64,000 nucleotides of DNA from Eubacteriales bacterium (GCA_045612715.1 JAZKZP010000093.1:922-64921), one strand, 5' to 3'. Counted from the stretch's first letter, positions 46,401 to 56,474 are shown. Numbers and translations: made by a program. The notes: generated by a model from the letters alone, not told the origin.

Positions 46401-46777
46401 TCTTGTGTTGCCGAGAGCATTTTTTGCGTGAGCGAAAAATCCGATACGTCGGTTGTTTTGTATTCTTCAAGTAAGGGTGAAAGCTCACGAAGTGTATTCC
46501 ACATAATAAGCGATTTTATCGGCTTTGTGGCAAAGCTGTAGGAAAGACCACCATAAGTTCTGAAAATTCTGTTGCAAAGACGAGAAAAGTTCAAAACCTC
46601 AATATTGAGCTGTGCAGAGGAAGGAAAAAGGGAAACTATCTTTCTTTCAGCAGCAACCGTTTCTTGCTCGGGGACTATGAAAAAAGCTTTTTTTCCTTCT
46701 TTGATATCATTTTCAAGATATTTCAAAAGAACACTTGTCTTGCCCGAACCTATTGGTCCGTAAATGAAATGTAACAT
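43469..46777 (-). CDS. addB: ATP-dependent helicase/nuclease subunit B (AddB)
   Basis: FIYGPIGSGKTS P-loop, a C-terminal nuclease (IRVVDYKTG) and an Fe-S Cys cluster (CRYCKMKAIC). ATG at 46777 is chosen for the AAAGGAG Shine-Dalgarno. Confidence 0.9.
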   Translation of the reverse strand: MLHFIYGPIGSGKTSVLLKYLENDIKEGKKAFFIVPEQETVAAERKIVSLFPSSAQLNIEVLNFSRLCNRIFRTYGGLSYSFATKPIKSLIMWNTLRELSPLLEEYKTTDVSDFSLTQKMLSATQELKAYCISPQKLDNTCQKIDEDSSLYGKLRDISLVYSAYSNQIAEQFDDSFDDISKAIDILHSNNFFDGATVYLDSFAGFTKQEFEFILKINELCNELYITLPIPSPNDNSIHLESLKQTISSIKKHLDKRDYDEMFLTENHKTTSDELLYLQNNIWNFEAHTFYGDASGDISNFLCETPYSEADIIASEICKAVKNGARYNEIAIILRDAEKYRGILDVALDKFGVPYFMSEKTDLMTKPLAKFIFSALKIKESNWRGANVIAFLKSGFCDVEPFDVDIFEEYVTTWNINGNKFLGEKWTMNPDGYSARLTPRGEKILVTANSVKDTIIPSLSRYFAMLDASSNVKEMCQATIEFLKDNKITEKVRKGCSENLARGNKKSADEDMKLYTLTLNILYDLALVFGDKEFSFEEFSAALSLMFGESDIGTIPTSVDEVMIGSASMLRTDKIKLAIVMGLNEGEFPASVKDNGIFTDSDKLILESLDLTLSADTSTKTSEELFFVYRALSVPSEKLILTSSALSSDGSSQRQSIAIERVKALFPALPQIKDGTLSVLDKVWNTELAKAAYAKTKNYKNSNEIKAIINSYDGNKEFEKRLEIPLSQKNCSVSPDIVNTLFGKRLSLTQSRLEKYVMCGFDYYCSYVLGLRESKKAVFQLNDIGTFIHYILEMFMKDITVDGKLNLTLTDDEIDEILQKNVRNYLFELLGEDYAISNRTKHLFIRLNKLSFMIAKNLINEFKVSDFYPAYFELKVGMGDDGISALEFELKDGSIVTLRGIADRVDTYKKDGNVYIRVVDYKTGSKEFSFDDLKEGLNTQLLIYLFSICKAQNLEKKVEFGCDDSGELLPAGIQYLSSNAPTISVDKFCDGDNIEELIQNEFVRSGLIINDPEIIQAMNHNLDPKIVSKFKANDDGVMVGKSLVGNEGFEEIYDMLSETIVRVAESMKDGKANAIPLRKGEQAPCRYCKMKAICRASVCKSKI

Positions 46778-46778
46778 A

Positions 46779-47597
46779 TCAATTCTCCTTTCCTTCAATT
46801 ATTTCAAGATTTCTCTTTATCACTTTTTTGCCACGCCAAGAGTATGCGCGTGCTTTGAATTCTTCATCATTCATTTCTTCAATTATCTCACTTGTAAGAA
46901 AAGGAGTGCGCTCGTTTTTAAAGAAATCGACATCTGTATATATAGTACCGTTGTTTATTGCTTTTAGGGTATAGGGACAAGCCTTTTGACAAATATCGCA
47001 GCCCCAAGCGCAACCGTGTTTTTTGATAAGTGAGATTTCTTCTTCGTTAAGCTCGCTCTTTTTTTGTGTTATGGAAGAAAGACAGCGCTCAATATCCATA
47101 CCCACGGGACAGGCAGAAGCACAGTGACCACAGTTATGGCAATATTCTATTTCTTGGGCGTATGAGCCGAGAATTGCATCGGTAATTATCTCTCCAATGA
47201 AAACAAATGAAGAATATTTTTCTGTTATAAGCAAGTGGTTTTTGCCGATAACTCCAAGACCGGATTTTGCAGCCGCTTTTATCTCATTTATTGGGGAATG
47301 GTCAGTAAATCCCGCAAAGTTGTTATCAGGATATTTATCTTTAAGTTTGTTTAAGAGATTTTCAAAAAGTGAAGCGAAAAACAAGTGATAATCTCGGCTG
47401 ATGGCATAGGCAGAAATATTGCTTTTTTTATCTTTGCTTTCCGCTAAATATGGAACTGCAAATATTATAACAGAGCCATCACGGATTCCTTTTTTCTCTA
47501 AAAGATAGGGACGAGTTATTTCGCATTCTGAAAGAGGAATTGAAGAAACAAGCTCGATATTCAGTTTTTCAAGTTCTGATTTAATATATGCGAACAT
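46779..47597 (-). CDS. QueG-like 4Fe-4S protein (putative epoxyqueuosine reductase family)
   Basis: ISRDYH, GLGVIGKNHLLIT and two Cys clusters (CHNCGHCASACP, GCDICQKACP). It is shorter than canonical QueG, so the function is uncertain. The start at 47597 has a GGAGG Shine-Dalgarno. Confidence 0.6.
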   Translation of the reverse strand: MFAYIKSELEKLNIELVSSIPLSECEITRPYLLEKKGIRDGSVIIFAVPYLAESKDKKSNISAYAISRDYHLFFASLFENLLNKLKDKYPDNNFAGFTDHSPINEIKAAAKSGLGVIGKNHLLITEKYSSFVFIGEIITDAILGSYAQEIEYCHNCGHCASACPVGMDIERCLSSITQKKSELNEEEISLIKKHGCAWGCDICQKACPYTLKAINNGTIYTDVDFFKNERTPFLTSEIIEEMNDEEFKARAYSWRGKKVIKRNLEIIEGKEN

Positions 47598-47802
47598 AAC
47601 GCCCTCCAAGATTGTGATACATCTTAATTATACATTAAAAATGTCATATTTTCAATAGAAAATGACTAATTTTTTTAATATTTTTTTATTTATAAAAAAA
47701 TATTAAAATTTTTATTAATTGTTTTGATTGCGATTTTTGTTCAAAAAAAGTTCATAATTTTGGTATAGAATGTAAATTAATATAATTCAATTTGGAGATC
47801 AT

Positions 47803-48633
47803 ATGAAACTAAATGAAATTTTGGTGTGTCCGGTGTGCAAAAATGCGCTTTTAAAGGATGAAAAAAGTTATTTTTGCTGTGGTGAAAAAAGGCATTGTTA
47901 TGATATATCGTCCAGCGGACACGTGAATCTTTTCCCGGGCAGAGCCACGGGTGGTGACGATAAAAAAGCAGTTCGCTCAAGAACTGAATTTTTAAATCTT
48001 GGATATTATCAACCTATAGCAGATAAGGTTTGCGAAATACTTGCGGAATTAAATGAAGAATGTGCAGTTGTTGACGCTGGTTGCGGTGAGGGATATTACA
48101 CAAATCGCATAGCTCAAAAAACGGGTGCACAAGTATATGGTTTTGACCTTTCTAAAGAGGCAATTATTTCAGCGTCTAAAAGCGCCAAAAGACAGGGAAT
48201 ATTCAATTCCGTTTTTGGTGTTGCAGGTATATACGATTTGCCTGTAGCAGATGAAAGTGCTAATGCGATTACTAATATTTTCGCCCCCTGCGCTGAAGTG
48301 GAATTTTGTCGTGCTTTGAAAGAGAATGGCTTACTTGTAGTTGTAACCGCGGGTAAAAATCATCTTTACGGATTGAAAAAAGCGATATATGATACAGTTC
48401 ACACTAACGAATCCCGTGCCGATATGCCTCAAAATATGCTTTTAGAGGAAAAACACAACGTAGCTTATAAGATTCAGCTTGATAATTCCGAAGTCATTAG
48501 AAATTTATTCTCAATGACTCCGTATAGCTATAGAACAAGTGAAAAGGATATGCAAAAATTACTTGCCCTCACTTCACTTGAAACCGAGGTTGAGGTTGAT
48601 ATTTTTGTGTATAGAAAGGGTGTGGCAAGATGA
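47803..48633 (+). CDS. rlmA: 23S rRNA (guanine-N1)-methyltransferase RlmA/RrmA family
   Basis: N-terminal Zn-finger (LVCPVCKNAL...YFCCGEKRHCYDISSSGHVNL) and SAM motif VVDAGCGEGYY. Confidence 0.7.
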   Translation: MKLNEILVCPVCKNALLKDEKSYFCCGEKRHCYDISSSGHVNLFPGRATGGDDKKAVRSRTEFLNLGYYQPIADKVCEILAELNEECAVVDAGCGEGYYTNRIAQKTGAQVYGFDLSKEAIISASKSAKRQGIFNSVFGVAGIYDLPVADESANAITNIFAPCAEVEFCRALKENGLLVVVTAGKNHLYGLKKAIYDTVHTNESRADMPQNMLLEEKHNVAYKIQLDNSEVIRNLFSMTPYSYRTSEKDMQKLLALTSLETEVEVDIFVYRKGVAR

Positions 48634-49346
48634 GAATTTCACTTTGTGTACCAATGTATAACGAAAGCTCGATTATTGAAGATACCGCAAAACAGCTTGA
48701 TAAATATATGCTTGAGCATTTTGGTAACGATTATGAAATAATTTTCGCAGATGACGGCAGTCGTGATGGCTCGGCTGATATAGTTAACTCACTTAATTTA
48801 CCGAACGTTAAGGTGGTTGGCTATCCTAAAAATCAGGGCAAGGGATGTGCTGTTCGCTACGGAGTTTTAGCTTCTGCTGGAGAAATCGTAATCTTTACTG
48901 ATGCAGATCTTGCCTACGGTATTGATGTGATTAAAGAAGCGGTAAATATCATTGAAAATGGTGAATATCCAGTGCTTGTTGCTTCTCGAGCAAAGCACAA
49001 AGAAGGGTATGAGGGATATACTCTCATAAGAAAATTAGCATCAAGAACGTATATTACAGTGCTAAATCTTTTTGGTGGCATAAAGATTTCAGATGCTCAA
49101 TGCGGATTTAAAGCATTTAATGGGGATGTTGCAAGAACAATCTTTTCCCTTTGCAAAACGAACAACTTCGCATTTGATCTTGAAGTGATCCTGATTGCTC
49201 AAAAAATGAAGTTGAAGATATATGAAATGCCCGCAAAAATTATCAATCATAGAGAATCCAAGGTCAACGTTTTAAAGGATGCAGTTAAAATGTTGAAGGA
49301 AATCTCTAAAATTAAGCGAAATATTAGAGGGATTAAACTCAAATAA
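48630..49346 (+). CDS. Family 2 glycosyltransferase (polyprenyl-phosphate glycosyltransferase-like)
   Basis: SLCVPMYNES, IFADDGSRDGS and FTDADL (DxD) motifs. It overlaps the upstream stop (ATGA). Confidence 0.8.
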   Translation: MRISLCVPMYNESSIIEDTAKQLDKYMLEHFGNDYEIIFADDGSRDGSADIVNSLNLPNVKVVGYPKNQGKGCAVRYGVLASAGEIVIFTDADLAYGIDVIKEAVNIIENGEYPVLVASRAKHKEGYEGYTLIRKLASRTYITVLNLFGGIKISDAQCGFKAFNGDVARTIFSLCKTNNFAFDLEVILIAQKMKLKIYEMPAKIINHRESKVNVLKDAVKMLKEISKIKRNIRGIKLK

Positions 49347-49387
49347 AAGATTTTGTTATAATTATAATAAAATAATACAATAAACAC

Positions 49388-49416
49388 TTGCATTTTTTGT
49401 TGCGATGTGGTAAGAT
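49388..49416 (+). promoter_or_regulatory. Possible sigma-A-type promoter
   Basis: TTGCAT, 17-nt spacer, TAAGAT, 40 nt upstream of the ATG at 49456. Confidence 0.35.
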
Positions 49417-49455
49417 TAGTTATGTATAACAAAATTTTCTAATACGGAGGCGCGT

Positions 49456-52400
49456 ATGAAATTAGAATGGATCCTTTTGGCGATATTTTTAGTATCAGTT
49501 GTTAATAATGTTGCCAAAGCGATGCGCAACCCGATGCTTAAAAACGTTTTACGTCTTATTAGCATAATTGTTGCCATTGTATTTACATATATTTTGCACA
49601 TTTTATTTGGGGCCGAATTCTTATTTGAGCTTTTAAAGGAACAGGTTGATATTGCATCATTGTTGCCCGCAGAATATGCTCATTTGGTAACAAATGCAAT
49701 TGATATTGTTGTGCCTTTTATAAGTACGGCATTAACACCAATGCTTCTTTTCTTGGCTTTCTGGATTTTCTACTTTATTTTCAACCTTATCCATGTAAAC
49801 TTTGTATATAAGTTTCTTGTGAAAAAGCAACGCAGAAAAGACAAAAAGATGTATAAAGCCTTCATAAAGAGAGAAAAAGAGATTGCAAGAAGAGAAATTA
49901 TCGAAGAGCATGAAAGGAATCTTGCTTTGATGGATGATTCAGAGGATCTCGAAATCAACTCCTATCCCGATGAAGAGCTCGACGAAGATGAAATTGAAGA
50001 TATGGTTGATGAAAGAATCAGCCACTATAAAAAGTATAAAAAGAGAAAATACAACTTCTTTAAGGATAGCTTTCCCAAAAAAGTCATATCCATTGTTACA
50101 GGTGCGCTTTCCGCTTTCCTTATTTTCGGCGTGACTTGGATTTCATTGTTCTATACAATGGACGTTTTGTCAAGAGTAACAGATAGCATTCACGATACAG
50201 GCGCATATGACTCAAAGGTTTATTGTGCGGTTGAATTTGTGGATAAGCATATTGTCGATCCTTATGAAGAGAGCTTTGTTTATAAGCTTTATGACAGTAC
50301 TGCTGCAATTGACTTTATGACTTCGACCATCAGAGATGGTGGTAAGTTTGAATTTGAAGGCAAAACTCTTTATGCGGACGATATGGTTAGAGATTATTTC
50401 GTTCGTGCAGTTAGACTTGCTTGCGAGTTGACTTCAAAGGAATCTGATCAATCCCACGTAGTTGGAGATATCGGTGCAATAATTAAAGAACCTGTAATGG
50501 TATCATTTTTAGCTGATGTTGTTGTAACCTTGGTCGATGCAAACGATCAATGGGTTGATGGAATTCTTAATCCCGAACCCGGAAGCGAAAATGAAACATT
50601 GAATAAGTTCCTTGCTAAAATCATTGAAGCGTATAGAGATGATGAAGGTAATTGGAGTTCAGACGCTGTAAAGAATGACTTTAATGCGATACTTGACGTT
50701 GTTCTTATTTCGGCAGAAAATAAGCTCCTCGCTAATATCATTTCGAATAGTATGGACTGGGATAGTATTCTTGGTGACCGTGAAATGATATCCGATGTTA
50801 TCGGTACTATATCAGGTGTTACGTTCTTTGGACCTGTAATGGAAACTGCATTTACAATGGGTATGGATGCCGTTGGTGGAATCCTTGCCCCCGCAGATAA
50901 TGCAGCCGCTTATGAGCAGTTTGTTAATAAGATAATTACAAATGCTCAAGATCCTCAAGAAATTTCAGAAGAAGATATGCAGAAGTTCTATGACTTCATG
51001 GTTGATGTAGGCGAATATAAAAAGAACGGTAGCAAGATTGCTTATTATCAAGGTAAGATTGATAGAAACAATGCAACAATAGATGCGCACAATGCTACTA
51101 TTGTTGAAAAGGAAGCGGCTCTTGAAGGCGCTACTCCCGAAGAGCAGATTACTTTGACTTTAGAAATTGATGCATTGAAAGAAAAAATTGCAGACTTGCA
51201 AGATAAAAATGCAAAAATTGAAGCTGAAGATATAGCACCTCTTGTGGAAGAACAAAATGCCTCTGCAGAAAAGATGAGTATTTTGGACTATATCTTGGAT
51301 TCTATTTACGTAATTGAGCTTGTTCAAAAGGATGGTAAGGCTCTTAAAGCACAGGCAGAGCAATTTTTGGCTGACTCTGAAGAATGTATGAATAAAGTTG
51401 CTGAATTGCAAGCGGCTCTTAATAATCCCGAAACAACAAACCACGAAGAATTGCTTTTACAAATTGCAGAGCTTACTGAAAGAGCTAATGATTTGGAAAA
51501 GCAGGCTAACGATATGTATGATACCGTAACAAATCTTATTAGTGATGCAGAATCAACTCTTAGTGGCTTTACTGCAAAAACTGAAGGACTTTTACCATTC
51601 ATGAACTATTATATGGCATGGAACAATACTCAAAAGCCATTTATGATTGCAGGCGAAGATAAGAGCGTTGCGAGCTTAGCAGTTGTTGTTGACGGTGTAA
51701 CATATTACTGCAATACAGACGTTTTGAATTTCAAGAAATTGATTGACGTTTTAGCAAGCTTTAAAGATTTCAATTTTGATTTCTCAGATATCGTTGATTT
51801 CGATCACGTTGGTGAGAATGAAGATAAACTTGATTACTTCTTGGAAATAAAAGTTTCGGAAATTATAGAAAAAATCAACCCCGAATTGCAAGCTCTTATT
51901 GATGAATTGATTGTTACTCCAAATAAAGAATCTTTGCATAATCCTCCTTCTGAATTGACAGAACTTGTTGATTACTTGATTAAACAAGCATATAATCCCG
52001 AGGTAACTGTTGATGAGAATTGGCTCATTCCTGCTCTTGAAGCGTATGTAGCAGTTGCTACAAGCGAAGAATCCAAGAGCTTGGCTGAAAGAATTATTAA
52101 TGCTAAAGATGATCACGGTAGCTTTGATTATAAGGGTGTAACGTCAGAGCATATTATTGATGTATTGAACTTTGGTGAAGAATGGACAACCGAAGCAAAG
52201 CAAGCCGATGTGAAATTGCTTACAGAAATCATATTCGATTTTGTTGATTATGCAAAGAAATTGGGTGAAGGAAGCATTATGCCAGCTTCTTCCTTCGATA
52301 CAAGTCAATTCGATGGTATCTTGGAGATCTTGACCACTCTCGGTGGAACAATGGATAAGATGGCACAAACGACCTGTCTTCACGGCGTTCCTCAAATAAT

Positions 52401-52590
52401 GCTTGAATCTATTTTGAAAAACGAGTATGTTAGCATGGTAATGACACCATCAATGCTTTACGGTGAAGATGGCTATATGTCAAGAATTGAAGCAGGAAAT
52501 CTTTCTTATGAAGAATTTATGCAAGAGCTTGTAGATACTGTAAAGGAATTGCTTGATGCTCTTGGAAATATAGGAGGTAGTATAGCATGA
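49456..52590 (+). CDS. Large membrane-anchored coiled-coil protein, function unknown (1044 aa)
   Basis: ACGGAGG Shine-Dalgarno. It has N-terminal TM helices, a K/E-rich linker, a further TM helix, then about 800 aa of acidic helical sequence with heptad-like stretches. Confidence 0.6.
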   Translation: MKLEWILLAIFLVSVVNNVAKAMRNPMLKNVLRLISIIVAIVFTYILHILFGAEFLFELLKEQVDIASLLPAEYAHLVTNAIDIVVPFISTALTPMLLFLAFWIFYFIFNLIHVNFVYKFLVKKQRRKDKKMYKAFIKREKEIARREIIEEHERNLALMDDSEDLEINSYPDEELDEDEIEDMVDERISHYKKYKKRKYNFFKDSFPKKVISIVTGALSAFLIFGVTWISLFYTMDVLSRVTDSIHDTGAYDSKVYCAVEFVDKHIVDPYEESFVYKLYDSTAAIDFMTSTIRDGGKFEFEGKTLYADDMVRDYFVRAVRLACELTSKESDQSHVVGDIGAIIKEPVMVSFLADVVVTLVDANDQWVDGILNPEPGSENETLNKFLAKIIEAYRDDEGNWSSDAVKNDFNAILDVVLISAENKLLANIISNSMDWDSILGDREMISDVIGTISGVTFFGPVMETAFTMGMDAVGGILAPADNAAAYEQFVNKIITNAQDPQEISEEDMQKFYDFMVDVGEYKKNGSKIAYYQGKIDRNNATIDAHNATIVEKEAALEGATPEEQITLTLEIDALKEKIADLQDKNAKIEAEDIAPLVEEQNASAEKMSILDYILDSIYVIELVQKDGKALKAQAEQFLADSEECMNKVAELQAALNNPETTNHEELLLQIAELTERANDLEKQANDMYDTVTNLISDAESTLSGFTAKTEGLLPFMNYYMAWNNTQKPFMIAGEDKSVASLAVVVDGVTYYCNTDVLNFKKLIDVLASFKDFNFDFSDIVDFDHVGENEDKLDYFLEIKVSEIIEKINPELQALIDELIVTPNKESLHNPPSELTELVDYLIKQAYNPEVTVDENWLIPALEAYVAVATSEESKSLAERIINAKDDHGSFDYKGVTSEHIIDVLNFGEEWTTEAKQADVKLLTEIIFDFVDYAKKLGEGSIMPASSFDTSQFDGILEILTTLGGTMDKMAQTTCLHGVPQIMLESILKNEYVSMVMTPSMLYGEDGYMSRIEAGNLSYEEFMQELVDTVKELLDALGNIGGSIA

Positions 52591-52862
52591 TTATTGTTAA
52601 CTTGATTAATCGTATTCTTGCGTTGGTTATCGGCTTGGGATTGCTTGTCGGTGGCGCATACCTCACATATACAGAAACAATGGCAAATGAAGAAATGTTT
52701 GCTGATTGGAATAGAATGTGGGCAATGCCTTTTATTCCGGAAGATAAGCCTGCTGTTGAAGAGGGTGAATCAACCCCTACCGAAGAACAACAGGGTGGAG
52801 ATGCTACAACTCCTGAAGAGAGCGAAGGCGAAGAGCCTGCTGCTCCCGAAAATAATGACTAA
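52587..52862 (+). CDS. Small membrane protein with an acidic E/P-rich tail (91 aa)
   Basis: Its start overlaps the upstream stop (ATGA). It has one TM helix and the C-terminus EEGESTPTEEQQGGDATTPEESEGEEPAAPE. Confidence 0.5.
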   Translation: MIIVNLINRILALVIGLGLLVGGAYLTYTETMANEEMFADWNRMWAMPFIPEDKPAVEEGESTPTEEQQGGDATTPEESEGEEPAAPENND

Positions 52863-52869
52863 TTAAACA

Positions 52870-52905
52870 AAAAAGAACCGAGAAATTTTCTCGGTTCTTT
52901 ATTTT
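52870..52905. terminator. Bidirectional terminator
   Basis: Stem agaaccgagaa/ttctcggttct flanked by A- and T-runs, between convergent genes. Confidence 0.65.
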
Positions 52906-52907
52906 TA

Positions 52908-54824
52908 TTATTTAATGTTATCAATGCTTCTAAGCCATTCTTCACTTGATGCATCGCTTGGCATTTTAAGGTCACCACGTGGAGAAAGACCCACGCCAAA
53001 TACCTTTGGACCATCGGGCATGGATGAGCGTTTGAATTGCTGACTGAAGAATTTCTTAACAAAAGTTCTCAAACAAGAGATGAGAGTTTCGTTATCGTAT
53101 TTGTCGGCAAAAGCAATTTGAGCAATTCTATAGAGCTTTTCGGGGGAATAATGATGAGTGAGCATATTATAAAGGAAGAAATCGTGAAGCTCATAAGGGC
53201 CAACAATGTCTTCGGTTATTTGAGTTATCTCACCGTTTTCAGCAGGAATAAGCTCGGGACTGATGGGAGTTTTAATAATATCGTCAATTACTTGTGCAAT
53301 ACTTGTATTTTCTTCTGCATAGAATTTGAGTATATGGGGAATGAGTGTTTTAGGAACTCCCGCATTAAGTGCATACATAGATGTAAGGTCGCCACCATAG
53401 GTAGTAAAACCAAGAGCAAGTTCAGAGAGGTCGCCCGTGCCGATAACAATACCATTTTCGGCATTCGCAATATCCAGAAGAATCTGTGTGCGCTCTCTTG
53501 CTTGAGCATTTTCATACACAACATCATGTGTGTCAAGATTGTGACCGATGCTCTTGAGATGAAGCGCAAGGGCTTCACGAATATCAATTTCACGAAGTTC
53601 AACTCCTAAAAGATTTGCAAGAGCAATTGCATTTTTCTTTGTGCGTTCACTTGTTGCAAAGCAGGGCATAGTAACTGCAATAATATTTTTGGGATTCTTG
53701 CCCATAATGTTGAACGCGTGGAATGTTGACAAAAGCGCAAGTGTGCTATCAAGACCGCCCGAAACACCGATGATGCATTTTTCTGCACCGGATGCTACCA
53801 TTCTTTGCTTCAATCCATAAGCCTGAATTGAACGAACTGTGTTGATATTGCGTGCAAGCTCATTTTTGTCGCTTGCTACGAAAGGATGGGGGTCAATATA
53901 ACGGGAAATTTTTGTTTCTTCAATGTTGAAATCAAAAGGAACATTAACAATATTTTTGTCAATATTGGTTGTAACGGTATTTCTTCTTCTGCGCTCAAGT
54001 GAGAGTTTTTCAAGGTCAACGTCAGCAGTTATAAACTTTCCTTTTGAATAATCAAATGGAACTCTTTCTGAAATTATTGAGCCATTTTCAGCGATGATGC
54101 TGTGACCTGAGCAAACCATATCGGTTGTTGACTCACCCTCTCCACAGTTGGCATAAATGTAAGCGGAAACTGTCTTAGCGGATTGAGAAGAAACAAGAAT
54201 TCTTCTGTACTCGTCTTTTGCAACTACCTCATTAGAAGCGGAAAGATTTGCGAGCAAGGTTGCACCTGCAAGAGAGAGCATATTTGATGGGGGAGTGTTA
54301 ACCCAAATGTCCTCGCAAATTTCAACGCCAACCTTAAGCAAGGGCATACTTTCGCAAGAGAAAAGAATGTTCCTGCCAAAGGGAATAGTTTTGCCGTTAA
54401 ATTTGTAATCAATATTTTCATCGGGACAGGGAACGAAATATCTACCCTCATAAAATTCACCATAAGTGGGAAGATTGCTTTTTGCAACTACACCAAGAAG
54501 CTCGCCACTCTTAACAACCGCTGCACAGTTGTAAATCTTGTTCTCATAGAACATAGGAAGTCCCACAATGCTGAGCATATCATAGTTCTTGGTTTGTTCA
54601 ATGTATCTTGCAAGCGCCTTGTAGGAGCTGTCAAGAAGCACGTTAGAGAAGAACATATCCGCGCAGGAATAGGAAGTTATGCAAAGTTCGGGGAAAACGA
54701 GTACCTTGACACGTGCGTCATTTGCTTCCTTGGCAATATTTATCATTTCATTAACGTTATAGGTGCAATCTGCAACTTTAATATTGGGAGTTGCACAAGC
54801 GACCTTTAAAAAGCCATGTTTCAT
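52908..54824 (-). CDS. nadE: Glutamine-dependent NAD+ synthetase
   Basis: N-terminal CN-hydrolase domain (VLVFPELCITSY, VEICEDIW) and C-terminal synthetase domain (GVSGGLDSTL, P-loop SGGxDS). Confidence 0.92.
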   Translation of the reverse strand: MKHGFLKVACATPNIKVADCTYNVNEMINIAKEANDARVKVLVFPELCITSYSCADMFFSNVLLDSSYKALARYIEQTKNYDMLSIVGLPMFYENKIYNCAAVVKSGELLGVVAKSNLPTYGEFYEGRYFVPCPDENIDYKFNGKTIPFGRNILFSCESMPLLKVGVEICEDIWVNTPPSNMLSLAGATLLANLSASNEVVAKDEYRRILVSSQSAKTVSAYIYANCGEGESTTDMVCSGHSIIAENGSIISERVPFDYSKGKFITADVDLEKLSLERRRRNTVTTNIDKNIVNVPFDFNIEETKISRYIDPHPFVASDKNELARNINTVRSIQAYGLKQRMVASGAEKCIIGVSGGLDSTLALLSTFHAFNIMGKNPKNIIAVTMPCFATSERTKKNAIALANLLGVELREIDIREALALHLKSIGHNLDTHDVVYENAQARERTQILLDIANAENGIVIGTGDLSELALGFTTYGGDLTSMYALNAGVPKTLIPHILKFYAEENTSIAQVIDDIIKTPISPELIPAENGEITQITEDIVGPYELHDFFLYNMLTHHYSPEKLYRIAQIAFADKYDNETLISCLRTFVKKFFSQQFKRSSMPDGPKVFGVGLSPRGDLKMPSDASSEEWLRSIDNIK

Positions 54825-54995
54825 TGGATAATAATCCTTTCAAAAGTATATCACCCCTTATTATAAATAAAAAATACGAAAATTACAATATGATTTTCAA
54901 AAAAAGTAGAAAATAATAAAAAAATATTGCTAAAATTCTTGAAGAAGCGCTTGAAATATAGTATAATATAGGCAGAAAATAGAAAGGATAGAAAA

Positions 54996-55640
54996 ATGGT
55001 TAAGTTAATTATAGTAAGACACGGAAACAGTATTGGTAATTTTAAAAGAATTTTTATCGGTCAGACCGACTGGGGACTCTCTGAGCTTGGGGAAGAACAG
55101 GTAAAAAGAACAACAGAATATTTGAAGCAATTTCATATAGACGAGATATATTCAAGCGACCTTTGCAGAGCTTATAATACAGTTTTGCCAACCGCTGAGC
55201 GCTTGGGACTTGAAATTCATAAAAGAGAAGGACTTCGTGAGATTTACGCAGGCGAATGGGAGCAAAAGACATTTGTTGAACTTGCCGAAAATTTCCCTGA
55301 AACGTATTGGACGTTCCAAAACGATATTGGAAATGCTCATCCCGACGGTGGAGAGAAGATTTCAGACGTTTTTTACCGTATAAAGAAGACCATTGAAGAA
55401 ATACTTGCCGAAAATGAGGGGAAGACTGTACTTATAGGTACTCATGCAACGGTTATTCGCGTAATGAATTGTCTTTGGCACGGTGACGGACTTGAAAATC
55501 TTCAAAAGTATGATTGGGTGTCAAATGCTGCGGTTTGTCATATAGAATATGAGGATGGCAATTACAATGTTGTTGAATATGGCCATGATGCGCATCTTGA
55601 GGGAATTATAACTCACGTTGGCGTAAAAAAACAAGATTAA
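54996..55640 (+). CDS. Histidine phosphatase family protein (phosphoglycerate mutase/CobC-like)
   Basis: N-terminal IIVRHGNS catalytic RHG motif and a later GTHATVIR motif. Confidence 0.8.
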   Translation: MVKLIIVRHGNSIGNFKRIFIGQTDWGLSELGEEQVKRTTEYLKQFHIDEIYSSDLCRAYNTVLPTAERLGLEIHKREGLREIYAGEWEQKTFVELAENFPETYWTFQNDIGNAHPDGGEKISDVFYRIKKTIEEILAENEGKTVLIGTHATVIRVMNCLWHGDGLENLQKYDWVSNAAVCHIEYEDGNYNVVEYGHDAHLEGIITHVGVKKQD

Positions 55641-55800
55641 TAGTATAAAAATGTCGGCTTTTCTTTGTGCAGTTTTCACAAAATAAATGAAAAGTCGATA
55701 TTTTTTATATAAACTATTTACAAATTGAATTGGTTGTGATATAATAAAACCAGAAAGAGAAGTCTCTTTCATTTAAATACAATTCGAAAGGAATGATACG

Positions 55801-56328
55801 ATGAAGATTACTATTGTTGGCAGACAGATGAACGTTTGGGATTCAACCAAAGAAATGGCTGAAAAGAAACTCGCAAGACTGGACAAATATTTTGGTTCAG
55901 AGGCCTCCGCAACAGTAACGTTCAGTTGCAAACGTGAGCGTGATAATGTTGAAATCACGATTCACGGTGCAAACACTATCTTTCGTGCTGAGGTCGATGA
56001 CATCAGCTTCCAGAACGCAATGGATCGTTGCGTAGAGGCGATCGACCGCCAAATCAGAAAGAACAAAACTCGTCTTGAAAAGAGATCAAAAGAGGGAGAA
56101 TTCTATTTCCCTGATTACGGTGAAATTCTTGATGAAGATCCCGAATTCATCGTAAGAACCAAGGAGTTCGAGCTCTTCCCAATGAGTGTTGAAGAAGCTA
56201 TTATGCAGATGAACCTCATCGGGCATCAGTTCTTCGTTTTCTTCAATGACGAAATAGGTAACGTTTCCGTAGTTTACACAAGAAAAGACGGAACATACGG
56301 ACTTATTAACCCCATAATTTATAAATAA
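55801..56328 (+). CDS. hpf: Ribosome hibernation promoting factor, long form
   Basis: The N-terminal S30AE domain (MKITIVGRQMNVWDSTKEMAEKKLARLDKYF) and the C-terminal dimerisation domain (VRTKEFELFPMSVEEAIMQMNLIGHQFFVFFN) are both present. Confidence 0.9.
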   Translation: MKITIVGRQMNVWDSTKEMAEKKLARLDKYFGSEASATVTFSCKRERDNVEITIHGANTIFRAEVDDISFQNAMDRCVEAIDRQIRKNKTRLEKRSKEGEFYFPDYGEILDEDPEFIVRTKEFELFPMSVEEAIMQMNLIGHQFFVFFNDEIGNVSVVYTRKDGTYGLINPIIYK

Positions 56329-56362
56329 AACAAGGTTAATAACATTTAAATAAAATGAATTT

Positions 56363-56391
56363 TCCCACCGCTTTCGCGGTGGGATTTTTTG
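56363..56391 (+). terminator. Terminator after hpf
   Basis: Stem tcccaccgc/gcggtggga followed by TTTTTT. Confidence 0.65.
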
Positions 56392-56474
56392 TTCAAAAAA
56401 TCCCCGCAATCCATTGACTATTTACCCGATTTATGCTATAATAATAAAGTTAGCATTTCTTCAGGAGGTAAAAA

